Below are positions 10,216-19,738 of a stretch of DNA of 62,728 bases, piece after piece. Location: positions 1 to 62,728 of the forward strand of contig JAFTXE010000125.1 of NCBI GenBank assembly GCA_017461745.1. Reading direction: 5' to 3'. A program made the translations under genes and the position numbers. Each line of letters begins with the position of its first letter. Positions within the stretch are counted from its first letter, which is position 1. This DNA is from Clostridia bacterium. Its GTDB lineage: Bacteria; Bacillota; Clostridia; Oscillospirales; CAG-272. The notes beneath the pieces are model-generated. The model saw only the letters and a program-made list of their open reading frames with translations. It searched no databases and was not told where the DNA came from.

Positions 10216-11145
10216 CTAAAGGATTTTACCGACCTTATCCATCATCGCTCGCTTGTGATCCATGAGCGAATGGACGTATCGGTTCAGCGTTACCATAGGG
10301 TTCTTGTGGCCGAGTATTTCGGAGAGGGACTTGATGTCCATTCCGCACTCTATCGCTCGTGTAGCGAACGTGTGGCGGAGAGCGTGAAAGCCTTTTCTTT
10401 CAATACCGAGACTTTTTTGTAACAGCTCGAAGCTCCGCTGATAAGAACGGACAGAAACAACACCCTTTCGTCCTGATATAACCAGAGGCGATTGGCTTTT
10501 CTTTTTCATCTCCTTGAGCAGAGGCAGGAGCTGCTTCGGCAGAGGAATGACCCTCCTTGAGTGACTTGTCTTAGGAGTATCGGTTATACGGCAGAACATG
10601 CCGTTTTTATTTTTGCCGTCATGACAGGTCTTGCTTACCGTCAGCTCGGCTTTCTGAAAGTTTATGTCCGACCATTCAAGAGCGAGAAGCTCTCCGATGC
10701 GAAGCCCTGTATAAAGGCAGACAACAACACCTTTCATCTTCTCTCGCCTGTCCTTCATCACAGCCTGTTCTATGAGCTTTTGCTCCGACGGAGTAAAGCA
10801 TTCCACGGGCTTCTCACGGGATTTTGGACGCCTGATCTTATCCATCTCGTATCTGTCGGTAATTCCAAGCATATTTGCCGTTGCCATAGAGCCTTGAATA
10901 ACGGTAATTATAGCGTTTACGGTGCTTGGAGACAGACCTTTGCCTGTCTTTATATTACCCGATTGAGACAGCTCGGTCACGAACCTCTGAACGATGAGAG
11001 GCGACAGCTCGTCTATGCTGTATTCTCCGAGCTTGGGGATCAGATGGTTGAAGACGATATCTCGGTAGCTGTTGTAGGTCTTATCCTTTAAGGACGGCAT
11101 CACGTAGTTTTTTAACCAGTCCAATAGCCAATCTTTATATAACAT
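10216..11145 (-). CDS. Tyrosine recombinase/integrase
   Basis: Catalytic set TGLRIGE (R), PKT (K), HALRH (HxxR), LGH, and Tyr in RYVH; SAM-like N-terminal domain. Start placed at MLYKDW after an AG-rich RBS. Confidence 0.92.
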   Translation of the reverse strand: MLYKDWLLDWLKNYVMPSLKDKTYNSYRDIVFNHLIPKLGEYSIDELSPLIVQRFVTELSQSGNIKTGKGLSPSTVNAIITVIQGSMATANMLGITDRYEMDKIRRPKSREKPVECFTPSEQKLIEQAVMKDRREKMKGVVVCLYTGLRIGELLALEWSDINFQKAELTVSKTCHDGKNKNGMFCRITDTPKTSHSRRVIPLPKQLLPLLKEMKKKSQSPLVISGRKGVVSVRSYQRSFELLQKSLGIERKGFHALRHTFATRAIECGMDIKSLSEILGHKNPMVTLNRYVHSLMDHKRAMMDKVGKIL

Positions 11146-11254
11146 ACCTTTCCTTTCGTAAGTTGTTTTTTCAAAAACGGAGAGCGGGACCATTGATGTC
11201 CGACTCTCCGTCTCTTTTCTTTATGATGCCTTTTGCATTTTGCTCCGCACTCAA

Positions 11255-11283
11255 ATTATATCATTTTTCGAGTGCTTTTTCAA
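11255..11283 (-). promoter_or_regulatory. Sigma-A-like promoter upstream of the integrase
   Basis: TTGAAA-17 nt-TATAAT with TG extension; GCACTC/GAGTGC inverted repeat surrounds the -10 box. Confidence 0.55.
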
Positions 11284-11388
11284 ATTGTAAATATTTCCTT
11301 CTGCTATGATTCTGCTATTAGTTCTACTGTATAAGTTAACCTTGTGGGTTCACTGTGAACCCACCCACGGTCCAGCATATAGGCATAG

Positions 11389-11673
11389 TTATCCCTTGGC
11401 AGGTCGGTATTTTTCAAAATCTTTTACAGTAAACAGCAGTGAGCTTTTCGCGCCGCTTTGGCGGTATCTCTGCTCCACCTTAATAAATCCGTGCCTTTCA
11501 AGGTCATCGATAGCGCGCTTTACCGTTGACCTTGACATAGACAGATCCATAGCAATCTTACGCTCGGACGGCCAACATTTGCCGTCCGAGTTTGCTCTTT
11601 GTACGAGGTAAAAATACACCGATATAGCTCTGTTTGGAAGTCCTGCTGCGTAAATTGACTCGAAGTAATTCAT
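11389..11673 (-). CDS. Winged helix-turn-helix (HTH_36-like) protein
   Basis: CWPSERKIAMDLSMSRSTVKRAIDDL; directly downstream of virD4. Confidence 0.8.
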   Translation of the reverse strand: MNYFESIYAAGLPNRAISVYFYLVQRANSDGKCWPSERKIAMDLSMSRSTVKRAIDDLERHGFIKVEQRYRQSGAKSSLLFTVKDFEKYRPAKG

Positions 11674-13502
11674 TGAGGGCTGTCTCCGTTTTGCCTACGG
11701 TCAACTACACGCCTGTCGGGACTTAACTTACGGTTCTTATCCTTGAGAGTCTTTGGTGTCCTTCCCATTACCTGCTCCACGTAGATAGCTCCCGACATAT
11801 CGCCCTCGTCTCGTGTTCTTTGTTGGCACAGATGAGGGTATTTTGCTTTTATTGCCGCTACGAGCGTATCTCTGCTCGCATATTTGATGGCGTTGCTGTC
11901 ACGGACAGGCACGCAATAGGGCTGTTTCTCGAACTCTATGCCCCATTCAAAGAACAGCTTCAGCTTTACTTTGATGGGATAAAAACCTGTTTTTGTGACT
12001 ATAAATGTTCCTTTTGGCAGAGACTTTAATTCGTCTGCGGTCATAAGCGGGCGTTGTATCATATCCAGAGAGCGTGACGGAGAGTCCTTGCTCTGACTTA
12101 TCGAGCCTGACATAACGGTCTTTACTCCCATAGACTCGGACAGTCTTTCTGCCGACTCGGAGTTGGGCGCAAATCCGCCGAATACTGTGAGCTGTGTGTT
12201 GTCAATAATTATCTCCGCTCCTTCCTCTCCGTAGTTCTTTTCGAGCTGTGCGAAGGACTGGATAATGGGAACTATGCTTACACGTCTCGATCTCGATGCC
12301 GAGAACATCATCTCCGCACTTTGTATAGGCGGGAGCGTACCGAACTCATCACAGTAAAATACCACTCTGTTTTTGAGCTTACCGCCGTTCTCATCGGCAA
12401 CGGCAAGTATCTCTCTGTATAGCTGCTGAATGATAAGAGAGACCATGAAATATTTGCTGCTGTCTTCCTCGGGCATTATTACGAAGATAATGCTTTTTTC
12501 ATTGCACAGCTTTTCGGCATCTATCTCTGTTTCCGAGCACATAATGGTTTCAAGCTCGGAATCGAGGAATGCGTTAAGCCTTGAGAGCGTGGTCGACATT
12601 ACCGACGCCATCGACTGCTCGGAGGTGTTGAGAGCCGCACCCGCAAACCACTTGGCTTTGTGGTCATCGGGAAGCATCTCCATGAGCTGTTGGAACTGAT
12701 TCCTTTTGTCTCTGCCGGGGGCGAGAAGCTCTTGGATTATCTTGAATACAGAGACGATATGTCTTTCCTCGGGATTGCAGAATTCCGCTACCAGAAGAAT
12801 AGAGGCTGTCAGCAAGCCCTCGGCGGCATCGTAGAAGTAGCTGTTCTGTCCGAAGTTACCCGATTCCATGCCCGAAAGGATTATGGTCTTTGAGATTATT
12901 TTTGCATATTTCTCGGCTTTGGCTTTGTATTGCAATTCGCCTGTTTCCTTATACTTGTCCATGTACTTGTTTACAAGGTGCAAAAGATTGTTTCCGTGAG
13001 AGCGCATAGGGTTTCGCAGGTCTATGACGGATACGTTATAGCCGTAGTATTTTGAGGCTATCGTGCCGTAATTTCTCATCAGATCCCCTTTGGTGTCGCT
13101 TGTAAGAATTGACATTCCGGAGGCGAGAGCGTACTCCAAATTTGGGTATAGCCAAAACGCGGTTTTTCCGACTCCCGCTGCTCCCACCATCATACAGTGT
13201 ACGTCACCTGTATCTACAAGAGCAATCGTCTCGCTTCCTTGCGTTTTACAGCCTACGACTATACCTTGCTCTGTCGGTCGGGTGTCGGGATCGTCACGCC
13301 ATTCTTTTGGCTTGAACGGTACGTGCTTGTACACGTCCTTTATTTCCTTGCGCGTAGCCCATCTCGCCGTTCCGTGCTGACCGTCACCTACGGTCTTATT
13401 TTTTATCCCTCGCATACTGTACATATAGGCAAGAGAGGAAATGAGAACAAAAATACCGCCCATAACGGCGGCTACCAATAATAAAATTTTTACGCCTTCC
13501 AT
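11670..13502 (-). CDS. virD4: Type IV coupling protein (VirD4/TraG family)
   Basis: N-terminal TM helix, QHGTARWA, Walker A GAAGVGKT, DTKG, Walker B YCDEFG, RSRR, QSFAQL. Confidence 0.92.
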   Translation of the reverse strand: MEGVKILLLVAAVMGGIFVLISSLAYMYSMRGIKNKTVGDGQHGTARWATRKEIKDVYKHVPFKPKEWRDDPDTRPTEQGIVVGCKTQGSETIALVDTGDVHCMMVGAAGVGKTAFWLYPNLEYALASGMSILTSDTKGDLMRNYGTIASKYYGYNVSVIDLRNPMRSHGNNLLHLVNKYMDKYKETGELQYKAKAEKYAKIISKTIILSGMESGNFGQNSYFYDAAEGLLTASILLVAEFCNPEERHIVSVFKIIQELLAPGRDKRNQFQQLMEMLPDDHKAKWFAGAALNTSEQSMASVMSTTLSRLNAFLDSELETIMCSETEIDAEKLCNEKSIIFVIMPEEDSSKYFMVSLIIQQLYREILAVADENGGKLKNRVVFYCDEFGTLPPIQSAEMMFSASRSRRVSIVPIIQSFAQLEKNYGEEGAEIIIDNTQLTVFGGFAPNSESAERLSESMGVKTVMSGSISQSKDSPSRSLDMIQRPLMTADELKSLPKGTFIVTKTGFYPIKVKLKLFFEWGIEFEKQPYCVPVRDSNAIKYASRDTLVAAIKAKYPHLCQQRTRDEGDMSGAIYVEQVMGRTPKTLKDKNRKLSPDRRVVDRRQNGDSPQ

Positions 13503-13509
13503 ACACACC

Positions 13510-14949
13510 TCACATTGTCATTTCCATTGATTCTTTTTGCTGAACCTGTGCTTCAAGCTCTATCGCTCCGTCAAGGCGCAGACACATCATTGCAAACTTC
13601 TGCATACTGTGGCATTGACTTTCGATTTCAACACGGGTAAAGGTATCCTTATCCGTAAACGACCTTTCGAGATTTGAAAAGTATTCCTTTAGATCGAGCA
13701 TCTGATTGACTGAATTCTTTGTATCTTTATGAGGCATATACCCCTTGAATATCTCCTTTATGACCTCTGCGGAGCTTGTTTCTTTCTCAATCTGCGAGCT
13801 TCTGCATACACAAAAAGCAATAGCAATTTTCGACATATTGAAGAGATGCTGTTGTTTTTCCGAATTTGAAACTGATTTATCCGCTTTATCAAGTAAATAG
13901 TCAAGTCTTTTAATTGTTTTGCCTATAATATAGCCTTTGCTTTCAAAAATACCCTTGCAGTTTTCATCACAATATAAGTCAATAGTCTGAAGTCCTCGGC
14001 AACGCATTTTTATATGCTCCATACGGGGATGCTCGGATGCGGGAATTGCTTCCTTTCCGTTCAAAGCTTTCAGGTCCTCATCCCAATCCTTATATGTGGG
14101 CATAGCTCTCCACAGAGAGTAATCTCCCACGCTTCTGATGTTTTCTGCTACACGGTAGGCTCCCTCAATACCCGCCCTGTCGTGATCGAGACAGAGGTAA
14201 ACGTTTTTTATATTCGGATAGCTTTTAAGCATACGTATTGCGGCAATATCTGCGGTAGAGCAAAGCGCAACGTAGGAGTGCTGTTCCCAATCCTTTTTGT
14301 GAAGCGAAATATACGCAAGCATATCTATAGGAGCTTCAAAGACGTACAGCCTATCCGATTCGCCTACATAATTGAAACTGTAGTTAGGATCGCTGCTTTC
14401 TGCGTTGCCTTTGAAGCTTGAATTTGAGGCTGTGGATCGCTTCTGTATATGCTTTGGAACACCGTTTTCGTCAAGCCCCACGAATACGGCGTTGTGGTAT
14501 TCCGCATCCTCGAATATCAACCCCTTGTGAACAAAGGCATCCACTACCTCTCGGTCAATAAATCTTTCGTTTAACAGGTACGCATATACACGGCGCATAT
14601 CCGCATTTTTAGGCGGTACTTCAAAAGGCTTCTTGGGCTTCTCATTTTCCCGTGGCTCTCTCGGCGCTCTTTCAATGACAGCTCCCGCGCCTCTGCCAAG
14701 CAATGCTTGAACGGCTTCGGGATAGCTCATACCAAAGAATTTTTGCACGAAGCTGACAGCCCCGCCGCCTATAAGCTCATATTGGCTGAACCATTCACAG
14801 CCTTTGATGGATACCTTGCCGGTCGGAGCTTCCCACCAATATTCGTTGCCGTGTTTTTCTACAGATTCGCCAACTGTACGCAAATATGATACGATATTTG
14901 CTTCATTTGCGCCTTTCTTTTCCTGTTCGCTAAAATGAATATATGGCAT
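13510..14949 (-). CDS. DUF3991 + Toprim domain protein (primase-like)
   Basis: YLLNERFID, NAVFVG, VFEAPID, LCLDHDRAG, KDWDEDL. Confidence 0.8.
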   Translation of the reverse strand: MPYIHFSEQEKKGANEANIVSYLRTVGESVEKHGNEYWWEAPTGKVSIKGCEWFSQYELIGGGAVSFVQKFFGMSYPEAVQALLGRGAGAVIERAPREPRENEKPKKPFEVPPKNADMRRVYAYLLNERFIDREVVDAFVHKGLIFEDAEYHNAVFVGLDENGVPKHIQKRSTASNSSFKGNAESSDPNYSFNYVGESDRLYVFEAPIDMLAYISLHKKDWEQHSYVALCSTADIAAIRMLKSYPNIKNVYLCLDHDRAGIEGAYRVAENIRSVGDYSLWRAMPTYKDWDEDLKALNGKEAIPASEHPRMEHIKMRCRGLQTIDLYCDENCKGIFESKGYIIGKTIKRLDYLLDKADKSVSNSEKQQHLFNMSKIAIAFCVCRSSQIEKETSSAEVIKEIFKGYMPHKDTKNSVNQMLDLKEYFSNLERSFTDKDTFTRVEIESQCHSMQKFAMMCLRLDGAIELEAQVQQKESMEMTM

Positions 14950-14973
14950 ATTTTTTCCTTTCTGTGATTTTTA

Positions 14974-16380
14974 TTATGTGTAAGTCATTTCCGCATTCTT
15001 CTTGTCCTCGATCTCCCGACGCTGACGCTTATCGATGAAGCTCTTGCCGTTATCATCATTGTCGATTTTATCCCTAAAAATATTGGCAAGGCTGCGGAAT
15101 AGACTTGTGACTGCAACGGCGCTCGGAGGCTTGCGCTGTTGGCTGTAATATTGCTTTCCGTTATGCGTATAGGAATGACTGCTCCCGCCGCCTTTACTGC
15201 CGCCTTTATCTTCACTTTTTTTCTGTTCTTCCTTTTGAGAGCTTATAGAGAAGCTCCCGCCGTTCTCACCGTGTATTCGCATAGCTTCACGGATTATCTC
15301 GTTCTTAATGCTCTTGAATTCCTTATTCTGCGATAGCGGGATCTTCGGTGGCAAGTCGCTTGTATAGGTCTTCAGTATCTCATATTTTTTATCATACCAA
15401 AGGTCGTAAAGCACGGCAATACGAGTATCCTTCGCAAGCTCATCGACTATGGAATCTATAAGCTCCTTAACGTCCTTTTGGAGATATCCGTAAACCTTCT
15501 TCGATTTGGTGGCTTTCAGTCTCTCGGACAGAAGCATCAGCTTTTGCTCTATGACGGGGTTATCATACGTTCCGTTATCTATGCGTTCCATGATGTCATC
15601 AAGCATAGCTTTCCAGTCATTTTTCAATGCGTCACGGCGCTGTGTTTGCTCACGGTAGATGTGCTGTAGGTCATCCTTGAATATGTCCTGACCGAGAGCC
15701 GAGCGCATCTTCCTCACACCTTCACGGGAGAGATATCCTCTTTGCGCGTTGGTAGAGTACGCTATGAGGTGTATGTGAGGATGGTGACTCTCATTATGAA
15801 ACGCCGCATACCATTTAAGCTCCGACATTGGTATCTTCAAGGCATCGGACAGCTCTTGCGTATGCTTACGGAGAGTATCTCTCCATTGGTATGCGTTATT
15901 GTATCCGAGACGCTCAGCATCCTCACGGCGCAAGGATACTATCATCGTCCAAAAATTTCCTGTGTGAGCATTAAGTTCCGCGGATACCTTCGAGAGAATT
16001 ATATCCTCGTCATCGGCAGAAAACAGACCGTGAGAGCCGTGCTTTTCGACTCTCGGACGGGTAGCGATATAATCGGCATAGGTTGTATTTTCCAACACAT
16101 TTTGCGCGTTATCTTCAAGAGCACGAGCTATAAACTCAGAAGCGTTCTTGGCGGTCGGTTTTGCTACATAATCCTCGTATTCGAGCATCTGAACGCTGTC
16201 GGGAAAGCGTTCCAAGATATCTTTTATTATTTCCGTCTGCTTTTTGGTGACAGAAACATTCTCCTTGACTTCATATAACTTTTCAACACCTTCCCGTGTG
16301 GCAATATACTTAACAAGCCCGCCTATATTTTTCTTTGAGGCGGGCTTGTAATATTTGAATTTTGTAACTAACTTTGCCAT
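14974..16380 (-). CDS. MobP3-family relaxase
   Basis: YIATREGVE and YIATRPRVE catalytic-Tyr motifs, HGLFS, SLRREDA, HUH motif AFHNESHHPHIH. Confidence 0.88.
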   Translation of the reverse strand: MAKLVTKFKYYKPASKKNIGGLVKYIATREGVEKLYEVKENVSVTKKQTEIIKDILERFPDSVQMLEYEDYVAKPTAKNASEFIARALEDNAQNVLENTTYADYIATRPRVEKHGSHGLFSADDEDIILSKVSAELNAHTGNFWTMIVSLRREDAERLGYNNAYQWRDTLRKHTQELSDALKIPMSELKWYAAFHNESHHPHIHLIAYSTNAQRGYLSREGVRKMRSALGQDIFKDDLQHIYREQTQRRDALKNDWKAMLDDIMERIDNGTYDNPVIEQKLMLLSERLKATKSKKVYGYLQKDVKELIDSIVDELAKDTRIAVLYDLWYDKKYEILKTYTSDLPPKIPLSQNKEFKSIKNEIIREAMRIHGENGGSFSISSQKEEQKKSEDKGGSKGGGSSHSYTHNGKQYYSQQRKPPSAVAVTSLFRSLANIFRDKIDNDDNGKSFIDKRQRREIEDKKNAEMTYT

Positions 16381-16787
16381 TTGACAGCGGTATCAAGAGA
16401 GAGCGTTCCGTTGATGCGTTTTACTTCTTCCTCGCATTCTCTGCGGAGCTTATCAAGGCTATCTTTAGGAATATCCATTGTGGCTGCCATTACGTTCATC
16501 AGCATACTCATCTCTATAGCTATGCGATAAAGATTTCTATTGTATCTGTTTTCACTGTCTCGAATTATACTTTTCATCGTAGCTATGACGATGCTTGGGA
16601 AGTAATCGGGATTGTGTTCAGAGGCAACGTATCCCGCATAGAAGCGTATCGCCTTTTCTACAAATTCGTTCATGGTAGTACAGTTATCTGCTTTATACCA
16701 TTGCTGAATAAGTATCATGGTATCATCCTGAATACGAAAATTATATCTTTTTTTGCCGTCGTTTTCGTCTTTGTTCGTGTTTTGCAT
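16368..16787 (-). CDS. Putative relaxosome accessory (MobC/ribbon-helix-helix-like) protein
   Basis: Overlaps the relaxase start; RYNFRI...NEFVEKAIRFY resembles a ribbon-helix-helix N-terminus. Confidence 0.6.
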   Translation of the reverse strand: MQNTNKDENDGKKRYNFRIQDDTMILIQQWYKADNCTTMNEFVEKAIRFYAGYVASEHNPDYFPSIVIATMKSIIRDSENRYNRNLYRIAIEMSMLMNVMAATMDIPKDSLDKLRRECEEEVKRINGTLSLDTAVKWQS

Positions 16788-16933
16788 TTTTTGTTCATTC
16801 CTTTCCGCTGCGCAAAAAGGGGATATCAGATCCAACCGATTACGTAGCTTTTAATATTTGACGTCATTGTTTTCTTCTGCCGAAGCAGAACTGTCGCTCC
16901 GGTGATAGTTTTTGAGTTTTTTGTTCAAACCTC

Positions 16934-16962
16934 TTGACAAAATATCACTTTAGTGATACAAT
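16934..16962 (+). promoter_or_regulatory. Sigma-A promoter with overlapping palindromic operator
   Basis: TTGACA-17 nt-TACAAT; perfect inverted repeat TATCACT-TT-AGTGATA at 16943-16958. Confidence 0.75.
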
Positions 16963-16991
16963 GGCAGTAAGCAGAATTGGAGGTAATTAAA

Positions 16992-17684
16992 ATGGATAAA
17001 ATAATCACATTGTTTCACGGTTCAAAGAAAATCGTAGAAGCTCCGACATTTGGAGAAGGAAAGAAAACCAATGACTTTGGTCTTGGTTTTTATTGCACCG
17101 AAACAGAAGAACTGGCAAAGGAATGGGCAGTTTCATCTTTGCAAGATGGTTTTTCAAACCGTTATACACTTGATACCGAATATATGAATATCTTAAATCT
17201 CAACAGTCCCGAATATACAATCCTTAACTGGATCGCAGTTCTTGTCGAGCATCGCATTTTCTCAATCAAAACACCTGTCGCACGAAGAGCTAAAAGATAC
17301 TTGATCGATAATTTCGGTATCAACGTTAACGCCTACGATCTGATTACAGGCTATCGTGCAGACGATTCCTATTTTGATTACGCAGAGTCTTTTCTTAATA
17401 ACGGAATATCCGTAGAACAACTTGCAAAAGCAATGAGGCTTGGCAAGCTCGGTGAGCAGATCGTTCTGAAGTCTCAATTTGCATTCTCTCGTATCAAATT
17501 TGAAGGCTTTGAGGTTGCCGAGAAGGAAGAATTTTATGTTCTTCGTAAATCACGAGATGATGAAGCTAATCAGCTTTATCTTGAAATGCTTGAAGAAGAT
17601 AGTGACGGATTGTATATACAGGATATCATAAGAGGGGGGATTACAAATGATGACCCGCGCATACCAAGAAATATATCTAAATAA
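16992..17684 (+). CDS. DUF3990-family protein (ADP-ribosyltransferase-like N-terminal motifs)
   Basis: LFHGS...DFGLGFYCT...AKEWA; YDLITGYRADD. Confidence 0.75.
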   Translation: MDKIITLFHGSKKIVEAPTFGEGKKTNDFGLGFYCTETEELAKEWAVSSLQDGFSNRYTLDTEYMNILNLNSPEYTILNWIAVLVEHRIFSIKTPVARRAKRYLIDNFGINVNAYDLITGYRADDSYFDYAESFLNNGISVEQLAKAMRLGKLGEQIVLKSQFAFSRIKFEGFEVAEKEEFYVLRKSRDDEANQLYLEMLEEDSDGLYIQDIIRGGITNDDPRIPRNISK

Positions 17685-18288
17685 AGCGCAATCTATATTG
17701 GGCGATGCCTTTGATTATGCCATAAACACTTGCGGAATACTCGGAAGCAACTTTATAAAGCTGTTTTTGGCAAGCACTGTCAGCAAGCGAATGGAAAACG
17801 GCGAACCCGCATATCTTGCCGGGAAAAGCGGCATAGAACTTGTGACAGAAATTGTAGCCGAAACAATGGGAAAAGAAATCGACCAAGTCCCCAAAGAACG
17901 CTTCAGTCGTTCTAAAGAATATTGGATCGGGTGGGCTGTAGCCTACTATCAATGGTACTCTTGCAGAAAATACAGCGAGATATTTAAGGCAATTACCTTT
18001 GCGGACTTGCAGCAAATGTACTACACATTACACGAATCGGACATTACAAAATTTGTGGACATTGCAGATGAGCGTGTAAGACTATTTTTTACCGATACCA
18101 ATCTCAAACGTATTCGGAGCGCATACGGCTGTACGCAAGCGGAACTCGCCAAAAAAGCAGAGGTTAGCTTACGTTCCATTCAAATGTATGAGCAACGCAA
18201 TAAGGACATAAACAAAGCAAGTGTTGAAACTGTATACCGTCTTGCAAAAGCACTTGGATGTTCTATGGAAGATTTAATCGAGAAATAA
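17647..18288 (+). CDS. XRE-family HTH protein, partner of DUF3990
   Basis: C-terminal LKRIR...TQAELAKKAEVSLRSIQMYEQ...LAKALGCSMEDL. Confidence 0.85.
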   Translation: MMTRAYQEIYLNKAQSILGDAFDYAINTCGILGSNFIKLFLASTVSKRMENGEPAYLAGKSGIELVTEIVAETMGKEIDQVPKERFSRSKEYWIGWAVAYYQWYSCRKYSEIFKAITFADLQQMYYTLHESDITKFVDIADERVRLFFTDTNLKRIRSAYGCTQAELAKKAEVSLRSIQMYEQRNKDINKASVETVYRLAKALGCSMEDLIEK

Positions 18289-18306
18289 ATGCTATCTTAA
18301 CCTACG

Positions 18307-18338
18307 AAAGCATCTGTCGGGAACGATGGGTGCTTTTT
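18307..18338 (+). terminator. Intrinsic terminator after the XRE gene
   Basis: AAAGCATCTGTCG/CGATGGGTGCTTT stem followed by a T tract. Confidence 0.65.
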
Positions 18339-18379
18339 CTGTTTTTATTACAATATTCTCCTTTGACATGGTTTATAAA

Positions 18380-18587
18380 AAAGGCGCCAAGAAAGGCGCC
18401 AGCAGAAATGCTTATATTACGTGGCATTGAAGGCATTTTTTAGAAAAAAGGCGCCTGTTTTGGCACCACCCCCTCAAAAAAGGCGCCAAAATATTTTTGA
18501 ATGCAAAAGCCCCGCAACCCTTGCAAACACGGCGTTCCCGGTCGGCTCTGCCGTCCGATGTGGCAAGGACAGGCGCAAAAAGGCGCC
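18380..18587. repeat. Five AAAGGCGCC direct repeats in a non-coding gap; candidate oriT or protein-binding array
   Basis: Copies at about 18380, 18392, 18447, 18479 and 18579. Confidence 0.7.
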
Positions 18588-18638
18588 AGTCCTTTCTCCC
18601 GCTTGAAAATCGAAGCATCAAATCTGCTCCTGTGACCC

Positions 18639-19736
18639 CTACATACCGCCCATGATCATTCCCGAATCCTCGGATTGCTGACGCTCAAAATTAAGCTCAA
18701 CACCCGCATCCTGGACGGCATCCAAAATGCGTTCCTGAATATCCTTAACGATATCAAAGCTGACAACAGCCTCACCGTCTTCCTTGATCATATGGATACC
18801 AAGATGTTCGCAATATTTTTCAACGAGATCCCAGCAGTCGTATTCGAGGCTATCGAAATAAGTCATCGATGAGCAGTCAATAGGTTCTTCGGGGAGAAGA
18901 ATTTCGCACTCGTCACCGAGATTTACGATTCGTCCTTGCTCTCGAAGCTCGTCAATAATTTCTTCATCGGTAAGCTTTCTAAAGGAGTCTTCGCCGGGGA
19001 CAAGAGCAAGAGTGCGTCCGTTATCCCACCTCATGTGTATCTGCCCCATATCATCAACGTAATCGACCGTACCTCTCGTTCCCGACGGTACGGGAGCAAA
19101 TGGATCGTTCATGACATTTAGCTCAATTCTTGTACCTTTAGGGTACATTTCTTTTTCTGACACAGATTGGCTCATATTCGCATATTCCTGCTCCATCTTA
19201 AAGAAGTATTCCTCGCCGTCAAACTCAACGTATTCAAATTCCGGACGAGTCTGCATGACGTTCAAAAAAACATTTTCATTGAACAGTGAGTCCCCGAATT
19301 CGGAACGGATATCATCGACAAGTAAACGGTAAATTCCGTCCTGATTGTTTGTCTTTGCCTGTTGAACATATTTGTCCACAGTGCGTTCCATATAGGTATT
19401 GAATTCATCAAGCTCGGGATACTGTATAAGTCTGTATATCTCTCTTGCGTAGGGGATATGCGCGGAATATGTGGCAAATGCCTGTCCTGCCGAATAAACG
19501 ATGATACCGTCCTCGCCGTTCTTATTCAGTACAAGAAGACAGTGCTTGATATTTGAGCTGTCGGTGTACATAGCGTTTGCGTTATCCGCAATAAAGTCAT
19601 AGTCAAGCAATAGATTTTTCTTGAAATGCTCGTATTGTCCGACGGGAAGCTCCACAGCCTTTTCCACGGTGCAATAATAGGTATTATGTTCCTCTTTTTT
19701 ATTTTGAAGCGGAACGTTTATGATGCTTGATACCAT
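18639..19736 (-). CDS. ICE protein with DUF6329-like and DUF4314 domains
   Basis: YPKGTRIEL..MNDP...GTRGTVDYVDDMGQIHMRWDNG is the DUF4314 signature. Confidence 0.7.
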   Translation of the reverse strand: MVSSIINVPLQNKKEEHNTYYCTVEKAVELPVGQYEHFKKNLLLDYDFIADNANAMYTDSSNIKHCLLVLNKNGEDGIIVYSAGQAFATYSAHIPYAREIYRLIQYPELDEFNTYMERTVDKYVQQAKTNNQDGIYRLLVDDIRSEFGDSLFNENVFLNVMQTRPEFEYVEFDGEEYFFKMEQEYANMSQSVSEKEMYPKGTRIELNVMNDPFAPVPSGTRGTVDYVDDMGQIHMRWDNGRTLALVPGEDSFRKLTDEEIIDELREQGRIVNLGDECEILLPEEPIDCSSMTYFDSLEYDCWDLVEKYCEHLGIHMIKEDGEAVVSFDIVKDIQERILDAVQDAGVELNFERQQSEDSGMIMGGM

Positions 19737-19738
19737 AA

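Noticed and set aside
18380-18587. Repeat array as a CRISPR
   Set aside because: Repeats are only 9 bp, spacing is irregular and there are no cas genes.
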